62,744 bases of DNA, taken from a virus. Its lineage: Duplodnaviria; Caudoviricetes. Under the pieces are notes generated by a model. That model worked only from the letters and a program-made list of their open reading frames with translations, searched no databases and was not told the DNA's origin. The stretch spans positions 1 through 62,744 of IMG/VR virus record IMGVR_UViG_3300008259_000034. The stretch is one strand, 5' to 3'. The first letter of the stretch is position 1. Each line of letters starts with the position of its first letter. Below are positions 19,892 through 28,863 of this stretch, in pieces. Position numbers and translations under genes: made by a program.

Positions 19892-20488
19892 TTATGCCCC
19901 AAAAGCAATTGCAAATGCAGCTACACGAGCATCTACGTAATCTTTTCTTGTTGCGTGTGTTTGTTCTGTGGGTAAGTTGGTGATGCCAACATCTCCGGTC
20001 ACGGTCACTGTGCCAGTTAAATTAGACAACCCTGAAACAATTAAATTTCCTTGAACACTTAATTGTCCTTGACTATCGCTAGGTCCAACATTAAGTGATT
20101 TAAAATTTCCGTCTGCTGGTTGCTTTAATCCAACATCAATATTATCCATAGATCCCACACCGTTAACACTATTAACTCTGGTATTACCGTTGATAATTTG
20201 AATGTATGGGGTAGAACCTTGTGTGACGACTAGATCGCCGTCAATGTTTAAAAACTCTAGTGAGCCTAGTTTTGTTAAGCTGCTATACCGAATTTGATTA
20301 CCTAGAGAAACTGTTGAATCGGTATTGTCTAATAATTGAATACCGTTAACATAAAAAATACCAGTAGTACTAAAATCGCCCCCAATTGCCAAGGCGCCGC
20401 TAATTGTAAGATTTCCGTTTTCGTCAACCGTAAATCCCGGGCTCTTAAAGCCGCTTTTTGATTCTAAAGGTATATATGCTACTGACAT
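19892..20488 (-). CDS. Virion structural protein
   Basis: 198 aa; beta-strand repeats, HATRKDYVD fibre motif, hydrophobic C-terminus AFAIAFGA. Confidence 0.65.
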   Translation of the reverse strand: MSVAYIPLESKSGFKSPGFTVDENGNLTISGALAIGGDFSTTGIFYVNGIQLLDNTDSTVSLGNQIRYSSLTKLGSLEFLNIDGDLVVTQGSTPYIQIINGNTRVNSVNGVGSMDNIDVGLKQPADGNFKSLNVGPSDSQGQLSVQGNLIVSGLSNLTGTVTVTGDVGITNLPTEQTHATRKDYVDARVAAFAIAFGA

Positions 20489-20540
20489 TAGGTATCCTCG
20501 CTATTAAGCCAACCACAACTTCTACAAAAGTACTCAAGTG

Positions 20541-20546
20541 TATTTA
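20541..20546 (-). promoter_or_regulatory. Late promoter core TAAATA
   Basis: Intergenic TAAATA about 52 nt upstream of ATG 20488. Confidence 0.55.
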
Positions 20547-20585
20547 GTTAGAAAGATTAAACCGTTTGGTGCTAATAACATCACT

Positions 20586-23081
20586 TTATGATATTGTAAT
20601 TGTACCAACCATGTTGCTATGATATTGGCAAATATAGTAGAATGTGCCGGTTGAACCTACTGTCCACTGAACTGTTCCATTTGATGCACCGTTATTGGTT
20701 ACTCCGCTTGATATTCCATTTGCTGTACCAGTTACCATTGAATTTTTAAGCCAGAATGGGTGGCTTGAGGCGTTTACAACAAAACTTACCTTATCGCCAT
20801 TATTAAATGATAATGCTGGGTCGTTGCCACTTATTGAACCGTTTCGAGCAGTGCCAGTTAATATATAATTGTTGGAATCTACTGCACTTACGTTAATTGT
20901 GTAATCTGGGACAAACGCTGGTGTTGCACTGGTATCATTAATTGTGATTGAGCTAGAGGTTGCAACAATTGTTCCACTTATACTGCCTGTACGAACAGAC
21001 ACTGTAAATGTTTCTGCACCTTCTGTTGTAGCATCAGCAGTAGGCGTTACTGTAAACGATCCACTATTACTAGTGATAGTAAAGCTGCCACTTGATGTGG
21101 CAAAGTCACTGCTATTCGTAACGGTCCAATAGAGGGTGGTTGCATTTGCCACATCGGTTGTGGTAACATTGATTGCAAGAGCACTTCCTTCGTTTATATT
21201 ATTTGCAACCGGAGTCACAGCGTATGTTGGTAATATCGCTGGAGTTTCACTAGTATCATTAATTGTGACTGAACTAGAGGTTGCAACAATTGTTCCAGAA
21301 ACACTGCCAGTTCTAACACTTGCGGTAAATGTTTCTGCACCTTCTGTTGTAGCATCAGCACTAGGTGTTACTATAAATGACCCACTATTGCTAGTGATAG
21401 TAAAGCTGCCACTTGATGTGGCAAAGTCACTGCTATTCGTAACGGTCCAATAGAGGGTGGTTGCATTTGCCACATCGGTCGTGGTAACATTGAATGTTAA
21501 CGCACTACCTTCGTTTATATTATTTACTGTCGGAGTCACTGCGTATGTTGGTGCTGATGTACTAGTATCATTAACTATTGTAGATGACGATAACGATCCG
21601 GTACTTGTTGATGCACTGTCTGTTCCGGCAAGAGCAAGCGTTATTGTTTCTGCACCCTCGGTGGTTACATCATTAGCAAGAGTTACTGATACACTTCCTA
21701 TATTACTATTAATTGTAATATTACCTGTAAGAGATCCTAAAGACAAATCACCTGCTGTTATGCCAGTGATTGTGTATCCCACTGTTGTGCCATTTACGAC
21801 ATTTTGAGTATTAACTGTAAATGTTACTATGGACCCTTCGTTCACGTCTGAAGGTGATGTCACACTAGTGTATACTGGAGAAGCAGCACCAGGTGTGTTT
21901 GCTGTGCCGCCCATGCCACTGTGGTTAATACAATAATAGTATAATGTAGGCGCTCCGATAGGAACAGCTATCCGAGTATATGCACCGAGTTGTCCCGCTA
22001 TTCCTACTTTTGTAACACCGGTTGTGTATTCAATTCCTGATCCCCAAGTTCCGTTTGGAGTAGTAGAGAACAACAACTGATGTGTAGCATTTGAACTATC
22101 GCTTTGTCTAAACACGTATGTTCCGCCTTCTGCTAAGTTTACTGTCGGACTTGCTCCTGAAAATCCTCCAATATAATACTTGTTTCCAGTTCCGTATATA
22201 TTGGTTCCACTAGCAACTGTTACATTATAGATTGTGCCTGAGGGGGTTGTGCTGATATCATTAATAGTTATACTTGGAGTTGTTGCAACAATTGTTCCTG
22301 AAACACTGCCAGTTCTCACACTAGCTATAAATGTTTCTGCGCTTTCTGTTACGGCATCAGCACTAGGTGTTACTGTAAATGACCCCACATCGCTTGTAAT
22401 TGTAAAGCTGCCACTTGATACAACAAAATCTCCAGCGTTGGTCACTGACCAGTATAAAGTAGTTCCATTGTTGACATTTGTTGTTGCAACATTAATTGCA
22501 ATAGAACTTCCCTCGTTTACATTATTTGCAACTGGTGTAGCTGTATATGTCGACACCGGAGTAGGAGGAGGTGTGGGTGGAGTAGGAGGGGGCGTAGGTG
22601 TTGGAGTAGGCGTAGGTGTTGGAGTAGGCGTAAAAATATTTGGAGTAGATTTAATTTCGTTAATAGAATGATAGTATGTTGCACCGAATATAATTTTACC
22701 TCCCAATAATAGACTAGAATTATCGTAGGTAGATCCGTCTGGGCTAGATGTTGGATTAGCAATGAGTGTTAGTTTTGACTCTGTCACTGTTGCTGTAAGA
22801 TCTATTAGATTTTCACCAAAATTTGTTCGTCCGTAAATTGTAAGATTTGCTTGATCCGGCCCGGCAATTACTAAACATTTAAGCATTTCTTTTCTAAACG
22901 GGGTAACATCGATGACAATATTATATTCAGCTGCCATAAATTCGCTAACATACCACTCGTCAATAATTGCGTTAGTAGTGGCGGCTATCCACGGCCCTTT
23001 GTGGGCAAAGTGGACTCCGTTTTGAAATCTAAGGGTGTTTTTAGGACCTCTTAGGAAAAATCTAGAGAAATTTATACTCAT
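20586..23081 (-). CDS. Multidomain virion-type protein: N-terminal domain, PT linker, Ig/Calx-beta-like repeats, two cupredoxin-like domains
   Basis: Repeats NEGS...V.T.....T.LYW.V...DF; motifs YYYCINHSGM and YYICQYHSNM with upstream His. Confidence 0.75.
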   Translation of the reverse strand: MSINFSRFFLRGPKNTLRFQNGVHFAHKGPWIAATTNAIIDEWYVSEFMAAEYNIVIDVTPFRKEMLKCLVIAGPDQANLTIYGRTNFGENLIDLTATVTESKLTLIANPTSSPDGSTYDNSSLLLGGKIIFGATYYHSINEIKSTPNIFTPTPTPTPTPTPTPPPTPPTPPPTPVSTYTATPVANNVNEGSSIAINVATTNVNNGTTLYWSVTNAGDFVVSSGSFTITSDVGSFTVTPSADAVTESAETFIASVRTGSVSGTIVATTPSITINDISTTPSGTIYNVTVASGTNIYGTGNKYYIGGFSGASPTVNLAEGGTYVFRQSDSSNATHQLLFSTTPNGTWGSGIEYTTGVTKVGIAGQLGAYTRIAVPIGAPTLYYYCINHSGMGGTANTPGAASPVYTSVTSPSDVNEGSIVTFTVNTQNVVNGTTVGYTITGITAGDLSLGSLTGNITINSNIGSVSVTLANDVTTEGAETITLALAGTDSASTSTGSLSSSTIVNDTSTSAPTYAVTPTVNNINEGSALTFNVTTTDVANATTLYWTVTNSSDFATSSGSFTITSNSGSFIVTPSADATTEGAETFTASVRTGSVSGTIVATSSSVTINDTSETPAILPTYAVTPVANNINEGSALAINVTTTDVANATTLYWTVTNSSDFATSSGSFTITSNSGSFTVTPTADATTEGAETFTVSVRTGSISGTIVATSSSITINDTSATPAFVPDYTINVSAVDSNNYILTGTARNGSISGNDPALSFNNGDKVSFVVNASSHPFWLKNSMVTGTANGISSGVTNNGASNGTVQWTVGSTGTFYYICQYHSNMVGTITIS
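20936..21549. repeat. 321-bp tandem domain duplication (boundaries approximate)
   Basis: 21070-21158 is identical to 21391-21479 (89 bp); a more diverged copy lies near 22260-22550. Confidence 0.9.
22555..22631. repeat. Pro/Thr linker microrepeat
   Basis: Encodes TPTPTPTPTPTPTPPPTPPTPPPTP; unit GGCGTAGGTGTTGGAGTA repeated. Confidence 0.85.
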
Positions 23082-23101
23082 GAGCTATATCCAATAATAT
23101 G

Positions 23102-23107
23102 TATTTA
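23102..23107 (-). promoter_or_regulatory. Late promoter core TAAATA
   Basis: Follows terminator, 20 nt upstream of ATG 23081. Confidence 0.65.
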
Positions 23108-23111
23108 TCAG

Positions 23112-23144
23112 TTAACAAAAAAGCCCTTTCGGGCTTTTTGTTAA
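23112..23144 (-). terminator. Rho-independent terminator (possibly bidirectional)
   Basis: AAAAAGCCC-TTTC-GGGCTTTTT; GAAA loop on minus strand; A/T tracts on both sides. Confidence 0.9.
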
Positions 23145-24970
23145 TTAGCAACTTTAATTAATTTACCATGTTCTGGCAAGTAAAGATACTCAATATCTGA
23201 ATTTTGAAGAGTCCAGATAGCGTCGTCTAGCGTTTCTACCAAGGGCTCACCACCTAGATTAAAGCTGGTATTAAACAGGATAGGAACACCTGTTTCTTCT
23301 TTAAATGCCTTAATCAAATCATAGTAGTGTTTGTTCTGCTCAGGATTAACTGTTTGAATCCGACAAGTATGATCTTCATGGATAATACTTGGAATCTTTT
23401 CTTCAACTCCCGGCTGACAGTTTACAGCATACATCATGAATGGGCTGTTTTTCATTCCACGCAAATCAAACCATTCGTGCGCATCTTCTTCTAGAATTGA
23501 TCCAGCAAATGGGCGGAAGTATTCACGATGCTTGACTTCGTTAACATAATCTTTACCATCTACAAAAGTTGGATCAAATAGCACTGAACGATTGCCTAGG
23601 GCACGTGGGCCGTTTTCTGAACGTCCTTGGAAAATTGTAACAATATTCTTTTCACGTAACAGCTTAACAACATCTTTGGCTGTAGCGTCAGTAATTTCTA
23701 CTCCAGCTTCTTCTACTTTGTCATTGATTTCGTCTTTAGTATACGACAACGGAGGACCAAGATATAAGGTAGTGCCTGGACGAATTGTTACATCGTCTTG
23801 CAATCCATACCAAAACATCATAGCAGCACCCATTGCTGTGCCTGCATCGTTTGAGATAGGTTCAACGTAGAATTCAATGCCGTCTTCTTTTAGGTGTTCG
23901 AGATAATAATAATTGGCAACACAGTTCAATCCGTAACCGCCGCTTAATACCACCTGCTTTTTGCCACTCTTTTCGCAAGCCAACCGGATTAAACGAAGAA
24001 CTTGTTCTTGTGTTTGTGTTTGTACAGCATATGCCATATCACGGCGATTTTGCATATGTGTAAGGTCGTCGTTGTCATTTTCCGGAAACGTATCTAAGTA
24101 ATCAAATAACATTGCATTTACTGTAGAACTCATTGGATAACGTGGAACCATCAAGTTACGATTTGACAACGGAATCTTAGAATCGGTTTCAAACAATTTA
24201 GGAATTGCAGGATTATCTGTACCATATGGAAATAGCCCCATAGTTTTTCCAGCTTCGATCGCACTGAATCCGCAATATTCTGTTACACCTTCGTAAACCT
24301 TAACGATACCTGCACGATCACTAATCCATGCTTCGTGTGTATCGCCTTCTTCACCTAGTGGTTGAGAAGAAAATTCTGGCAAATACGCTCCCGCAATCGG
24401 TTCACGTGTTCCGTAATGCTTGTATAATGTTTTAAAGGTTGCTGGATACTCGCAATCAACAATAGATTCGACTTCCCATAGCATTAATTGAGTATCGTTA
24501 TAGCTCATCGGATAGAATGTACCAGCACCATCAACAATTAATGATACTGCATCCTTAAATCCCGAACGATAAAATGCACAAGCAGCATGTAGCTTGTGAT
24601 GCATAAATGCTAAATCAACTACCTGCGGATGATTATGCGAATTTTGTTTACGATCAATTAGTCCTAATTTACGTGCTAGGCCAGTATAAACATCATCGCC
24701 GCTATAATCAATTTTGCCAGCAGTTTCTTTTAAGGGCTGTGTATGTGCAATTACTAGATAATCCAATTTGTCAGTATACTCTAAAATCTTTACCATACTG
24801 GCAAACGGGCCGCCGTCATACTTTTGACGGCTTAGACGTTCTTCTTCGATAGAAAATACTACCTCTCCGTCTTTAAGCAAGCATACACCCGAGTTATGAC
24901 CTCGAGCAATAGCAGCAATCCATATTGATTTTTCTGCAGAATTGTTTTTCTTTATTGATGTAACTGTCAT
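23141..24970 (-). CDS. Carbamoyltransferase (NodU/CmcH/TobZ family)
   Basis: HNSG, EEERLSRQK, HHKLHA, DGAG, GKTMGL, LSGGYGLNCVAN, NDAGTAMGAA, GPRALGNRS, REYFRPFA, NTSFN. Confidence 0.95.
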   Translation of the reverse strand: MTVTSIKKNNSAEKSIWIAAIARGHNSGVCLLKDGEVVFSIEEERLSRQKYDGGPFASMVKILEYTDKLDYLVIAHTQPLKETAGKIDYSGDDVYTGLARKLGLIDRKQNSHNHPQVVDLAFMHHKLHAACAFYRSGFKDAVSLIVDGAGTFYPMSYNDTQLMLWEVESIVDCEYPATFKTLYKHYGTREPIAGAYLPEFSSQPLGEEGDTHEAWISDRAGIVKVYEGVTEYCGFSAIEAGKTMGLFPYGTDNPAIPKLFETDSKIPLSNRNLMVPRYPMSSTVNAMLFDYLDTFPENDNDDLTHMQNRRDMAYAVQTQTQEQVLRLIRLACEKSGKKQVVLSGGYGLNCVANYYYLEHLKEDGIEFYVEPISNDAGTAMGAAMMFWYGLQDDVTIRPGTTLYLGPPLSYTKDEINDKVEEAGVEITDATAKDVVKLLREKNIVTIFQGRSENGPRALGNRSVLFDPTFVDGKDYVNEVKHREYFRPFAGSILEEDAHEWFDLRGMKNSPFMMYAVNCQPGVEEKIPSIIHEDHTCRIQTVNPEQNKHYYDLIKAFKEETGVPILFNTSFNLGGEPLVETLDDAIWTLQNSDIEYLYLPEHGKLIKVAN

Positions 24971-25902
24971 TCCTTTTTCCCCAAAACGTGATCTACAACT
25001 AGTGTAGTTATATCTTCATTCATTGTCATAATATTTTCATTCATTCTATCAACCCTTTCATCAGGCAAAATACGAATTGGACTATATTCTCTGTTAACTT
25101 CGCCCATATCTAAAATATCAAACTCCGGAACATCGGGATAGGATACGTTGATAGGGAATGTAGAACCTACTACTACTGATGCTTTCTGCCCCATTGCATA
25201 TGCTAGATGTTGACCTAGGCTGTCGCAGCCTAAGAAGTAATCTGCATATTTGATAATTGCAGCCCATATCCGAGGACTAACATTTTCTGGCATAGCTACT
25301 TCGTCTTTAAGTTTGGCGTCTGCAAAATCAACTTTAAATTCACCCATTAAAATTATACCATAATCGTTAGCTTGTAATTTTTTAACAATAGATTTAAGAT
25401 CTTTAAGTTCAAAGCTTCTAGCTGTTTTATCAATTAGTGTTTCGTCGATATACTCGATGCCACGACCAAACGGTTGGATTACAATAATTTTTTCTTTTTT
25501 AAGTTTCTTTTTAACATCACCGACCAATTGTCGTCCCATTAATAGCTCGTCTTTGCTTAGGCGTAGTGTGGGTTTTGGTAGTTCGCGGATGCCTTTATCA
25601 TTAATTTGAATATCAAATGCTTGGCTAATAGAGCATTTTTGATTATAATATTCCCAAACTCTATATGGTTCTGTAGTAAGGATTTCGCGATGTTTTAATT
25701 CATTTTTAAAAAGACCCTTATGCCAGATATCGTATGTGCGTTCATCTAGTGTAGGATGTCCTTTAAAAATATCTGTGCCGCCTTCGCAGACGATAATAAA
25801 ATCTTTGTCTTCGGATTCTGCTTCGTATTTTTCAAATGCCGGTATTGATGCTATCATACGGCCGGCACCACCGTTGACAAAGAATGCTTTTGATTTGCTC
25901 AT
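24967..25902 (-). CDS. GT-B glycosyltransferase (GT9/heptosyltransferase-like)
   Basis: GGAGRMIASIPA, IVIQPFG, AIIKYADYFLGCDSLGQHLAYAM (GT9 DS..HLA motif); ATGA-coupled to carbamoyltransferase. Confidence 0.75.
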   Translation of the reverse strand: MSKSKAFFVNGGAGRMIASIPAFEKYEAESEDKDFIIVCEGGTDIFKGHPTLDERTYDIWHKGLFKNELKHREILTTEPYRVWEYYNQKCSISQAFDIQINDKGIRELPKPTLRLSKDELLMGRQLVGDVKKKLKKEKIIVIQPFGRGIEYIDETLIDKTARSFELKDLKSIVKKLQANDYGIILMGEFKVDFADAKLKDEVAMPENVSPRIWAAIIKYADYFLGCDSLGQHLAYAMGQKASVVVGSTFPINVSYPDVPEFDILDMGEVNREYSPIRILPDERVDRMNENIMTMNEDITTLVVDHVLGKKE

Positions 25903-25912
25903 TTAAACTCCA

Positions 25913-25969
25913 TAAAAATAGGCCTATGTACAGATTATATAGCCTTTCGACTAACTGTACAAGGCCTAT
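25913..25969 (-). terminator. Long hairpin plus U-tract overlapping a sigma70-like promoter
   Basis: ATAGGCCT(A)TGTACAG 25918-25933 pairs with CTGTACAAGGCCTAT 25955-25969; minus strand TTGTAC-17 nt-TATAAT inside. Confidence 0.55.
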
Positions 25970-25987
25970 CTTGGCTTTTAAATTAAA

Positions 25988-26638
25988 TTATGCCTGTAGA
26001 TTTGGATATTTTGGAAATCTAATTTTCCAGTGATCAATATTAGCATATTTTGTTGCTATTGATTTTAAGAAAGTTAGATACGCAACAGCTTCAGCTTGGC
26101 GATCAGCAGGCAGAACATTGCGAATCACAATTTCTTCAATTGAACCAATTTGGCTAGATACACCTTCCATGAACGAAGCACGAGTAATAGCATGTGTTCT
26201 CATTCTTGGACGAATCCAAGAATTTGTTTCCTTCTTGTAGTATGAATCGTTTGTGTAGTAAGGCTGTGTACATGCACTTTGAATATCGTCATAATGGTAT
26301 TCATATACTTCACCAGTAGACAATGTTTCTACGTAGTTTGGAACAGCAGTATGCTCATACTCATGTGTCAAATGAGCTGCCATCCATGTGTCAACGTCAG
26401 CATCAATTACCACTTGTTCGTGACTATCTAGTTGTAACTGTTCGGCTGTTAATCTAGAAGAATCTAACCCTTCTAGAGTTTCAGCATAACCGTCCACGCA
26501 AAAATATTTGCCGTCGCTCTTTTCTATTCTAACCAAAACATACCGAGCTCCAACATAGTAACACTCTACTGTTCTGTTTAGTCTAGTAGTAGTTTTGTAT
26601 GGTTCGTCTGGTAGAACCGCTGTAAATGTTTTTCTCAT
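25988..26638 (-). CDS. Putative tail fibre assembly chaperone
   Basis: 216 aa; C-terminus YLTFLKSIATKY...WKIRFPKYP resembles Tfa-type ends; follows Cys-rich genes. Confidence 0.5.
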   Translation of the reverse strand: MRKTFTAVLPDEPYKTTTRLNRTVECYYVGARYVLVRIEKSDGKYFCVDGYAETLEGLDSSRLTAEQLQLDSHEQVVIDADVDTWMAAHLTHEYEHTAVPNYVETLSTGEVYEYHYDDIQSACTQPYYTNDSYYKKETNSWIRPRMRTHAITRASFMEGVSSQIGSIEEIVIRNVLPADRQAEAVAYLTFLKSIATKYANIDHWKIRFPKYPNLQA

Positions 26639-26639
26639 C

Positions 26640-27632
26640 TTAATTCCTTGAAATAAATTGTATTCTTGCTAAACCTAATCCGCCGCGCCATCCGTTATCA
26701 CGAACATCACCACATGGTGTAGCTGGTAATCCTCCTGCACCTGGAGGTAACATTGGCCAGCAACCTTGTGTATCATAACATCCGCAACTTCTTGTAGAGT
26801 TCCAGCAATTTGTCCATGGAGTTCCACGCTGTGGACTTCTGCTCATGTGATTTAGAGCTTGGATATATTGATGATATCCCATGCCCGACCATTCTGAGAA
26901 TCCGCTATCTGCTTCAGTACTGTAATTCACAACACCGCCATCACATGCAAAGAACCCTGGAGAAATTGCTGCGTGATAATGTGTTGAACATGGACAGTTA
27001 CTATAACAGGTCCAGAATGTGACGCAGCTAAATCCACCGCGTTTATTTATGTCGCCACCGTAGGCCTCTGCGCAACATGATCCTGTTCCAGAACCATAAT
27101 TACAGATAATACCACAAGTACCGTTTGAATAGTTTGTGTTACAGAAGTTTCCGCCTACAAAACAACAGAAAATTGTGCCTGATGGATTACAGTATGTTGT
27201 TCCGCCACGACCGCCTTCTGAACACATGCAGCCATTAACTGCTACACCTGTATTGCGATTGCGTCCAAACCAGCAAACACACGTTGCTTCAGAACAACCT
27301 CGGAAACACAATGCGTCAGCGTTGTTACAGCTTTTACCTACATACCCGCAGACAAAGTCACCTGCTGCTACGCAGATACATTTACGAGCATATGCTCCTG
27401 GATTGCCAGGGACGCCGTGTCCACAGCAGCACATACGTGCTCCTGACCCGCCTGCACCCCAAGTTTCAAGTAGGATACGTCCTGCTTCACAAGCAATCCA
27501 ACAAAAGCCACCAATAAAGTTTGTGTATTCTGCTGCTGAGCTGTATGCCCAGATTTTGCCTTGCTCTAGATTTCGTTCATCTAACTCGATTTGATCTAGT
27601 TTTCTTTCAACTAATGTTTTTAAATTTGCCAT
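26640..27632 (-). CDS. Cys/Gly-rich protein, paralog 3
   Basis: 330 aa, about 33 Cys (hand count); E.WGAGGSG..MCCCG motif. Confidence 0.8.
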   Translation of the reverse strand: MANLKTLVERKLDQIELDERNLEQGKIWAYSSAAEYTNFIGGFCWIACEAGRILLETWGAGGSGARMCCCGHGVPGNPGAYARKCICVAAGDFVCGYVGKSCNNADALCFRGCSEATCVCWFGRNRNTGVAVNGCMCSEGGRGGTTYCNPSGTIFCCFVGGNFCNTNYSNGTCGIICNYGSGTGSCCAEAYGGDINKRGGFSCVTFWTCYSNCPCSTHYHAAISPGFFACDGGVVNYSTEADSGFSEWSGMGYHQYIQALNHMSRSPQRGTPWTNCWNSTRSCGCYDTQGCWPMLPPGAGGLPATPCGDVRDNGWRGGLGLARIQFISRN

Positions 27633-27633
27633 A

Positions 27634-28863
27634 TTAGTACGAGCTGCCTCCTTCGTTCGGGATATATTTAATTCTTACATTACCCATACCGCCACGACCG
27701 GCTTGGTCACGAACTTCACCGCACGGATGAGCGGCAGCGCCTGGCATGCCGTACGGCACAAACTGGTAACAGCCTTGCATCTGATAACATCCGCATGCTC
27801 TATTATTAGCCCAACATGATGTGTGCTGTATTGATGTTGGAGCACGACTCATGGTCATCATGGCGTTCATTGAACTTGCAACGCCTGCACCTGCCCAGGA
27901 AGCAAAAGGTGAATCACCTTCTGGAGTATAGGACGCAACTCCGCCTTCATCTGCAAAAATTCCTGCTGCAATTGCATGGTGATAAATTGTTAGGCATTGA
28001 CATTGCTCTAAGCAACCGGCAAAACTAACGCATGACCAACCACCGCAGCAATTTAAATCGCCGCCGTAACCACAAGCAATCCAGCCCACACCGCCGCCGT
28101 CTGCACAAATGTTACAGATCATACCGCAAGCAGAACGTGCTGTGTCGCACATGTTGTGTCTTGGTCCCATTCTTGTACCGCAATGTCCGCCAGTGATAAA
28201 ACATGAGTATGGTGATTTATCATCCATACAGTATGTTAAGCCACCTTTACCGCCGTGTGCGCACAAGCAACCGTTAGTGGCTCCTGCTGCACGGCAAACT
28301 TGGAATCCATCTTTAAAACCAGATCCGTTATTATTTGCACCAAAGTTACCTTCAGTAGTTCCTATAAATGATTGACCGGTCCAGTTTGCGTCACTGGTAA
28401 TTGGGTCGGCTGATCCAGAGCCCCAGCCCCACGGATTGTTACCTTTCCATGAATTTTGTTGTTTTGGTTGTGTGCCACTTTCATAAAGTGCCAATGGTGA
28501 GCATCCAAACCAGCATACGCAAGTTGACTCTGAACAACCACGGAAACACAATGAGTCAGAGTTGTTGCAGCTACGACCTACATAACCACAAACATAGTTT
28601 GATGGACATACACAGACTGTTTTCTTTACATAAGCAGGAGGGTTACCTGGTAATCCAGCACCGCAACAACACATTTTTGCGCCAGATCCTGCAGCACCCC
28701 AAATTTCAATAACAGCCGTACCAGTTCCCGGTGGCTTCCAACAGAATCCATTACAGAATCCTGTGTACATATTGCCTTCTGAGTAAACCCAAATACGACC
28801 TTTTTCTAAGTTATCTTCAAACGCTAGTTCGCGATTACCTAATAGTTGTGTTAACGTTGTCAT
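27634..28863 (-). CDS. Cys/Gly-rich protein, paralog 2
   Basis: 409 aa, about 36 Cys; same motifs plus an insertion of roughly 60 aa. Confidence 0.8.
   Translation of the reverse strand: MTTLTQLLGNRELAFEDNLEKGRIWVYSEGNMYTGFCNGFCWKPPGTGTAVIEIWGAAGSGAKMCCCGAGLPGNPPAYVKKTVCVCPSNYVCGYVGRSCNNSDSLCFRGCSESTCVCWFGCSPLALYESGTQPKQQNSWKGNNPWGWGSGSADPITSDANWTGQSFIGTTEGNFGANNNGSGFKDGFQVCRAAGATNGCLCAHGGKGGLTYCMDDKSPYSCFITGGHCGTRMGPRHNMCDTARSACGMICNICADGGGVGWIACGYGGDLNCCGGWSCVSFAGCLEQCQCLTIYHHAIAAGIFADEGGVASYTPEGDSPFASWAGAGVASSMNAMMTMSRAPTSIQHTSCWANNRACGCYQMQGCYQFVPYGMPGAAAHPCGEVRDQAGRGGMGNVRIKYIPNEGGSSY

Noticed and set aside
20936-22550. Repeats as a DGR template/variable pair or CRISPR array
   Set aside because: In-frame protein domain repeats; differences are not adenine-specific; no reverse transcriptase, spacers or cas genes in the window.
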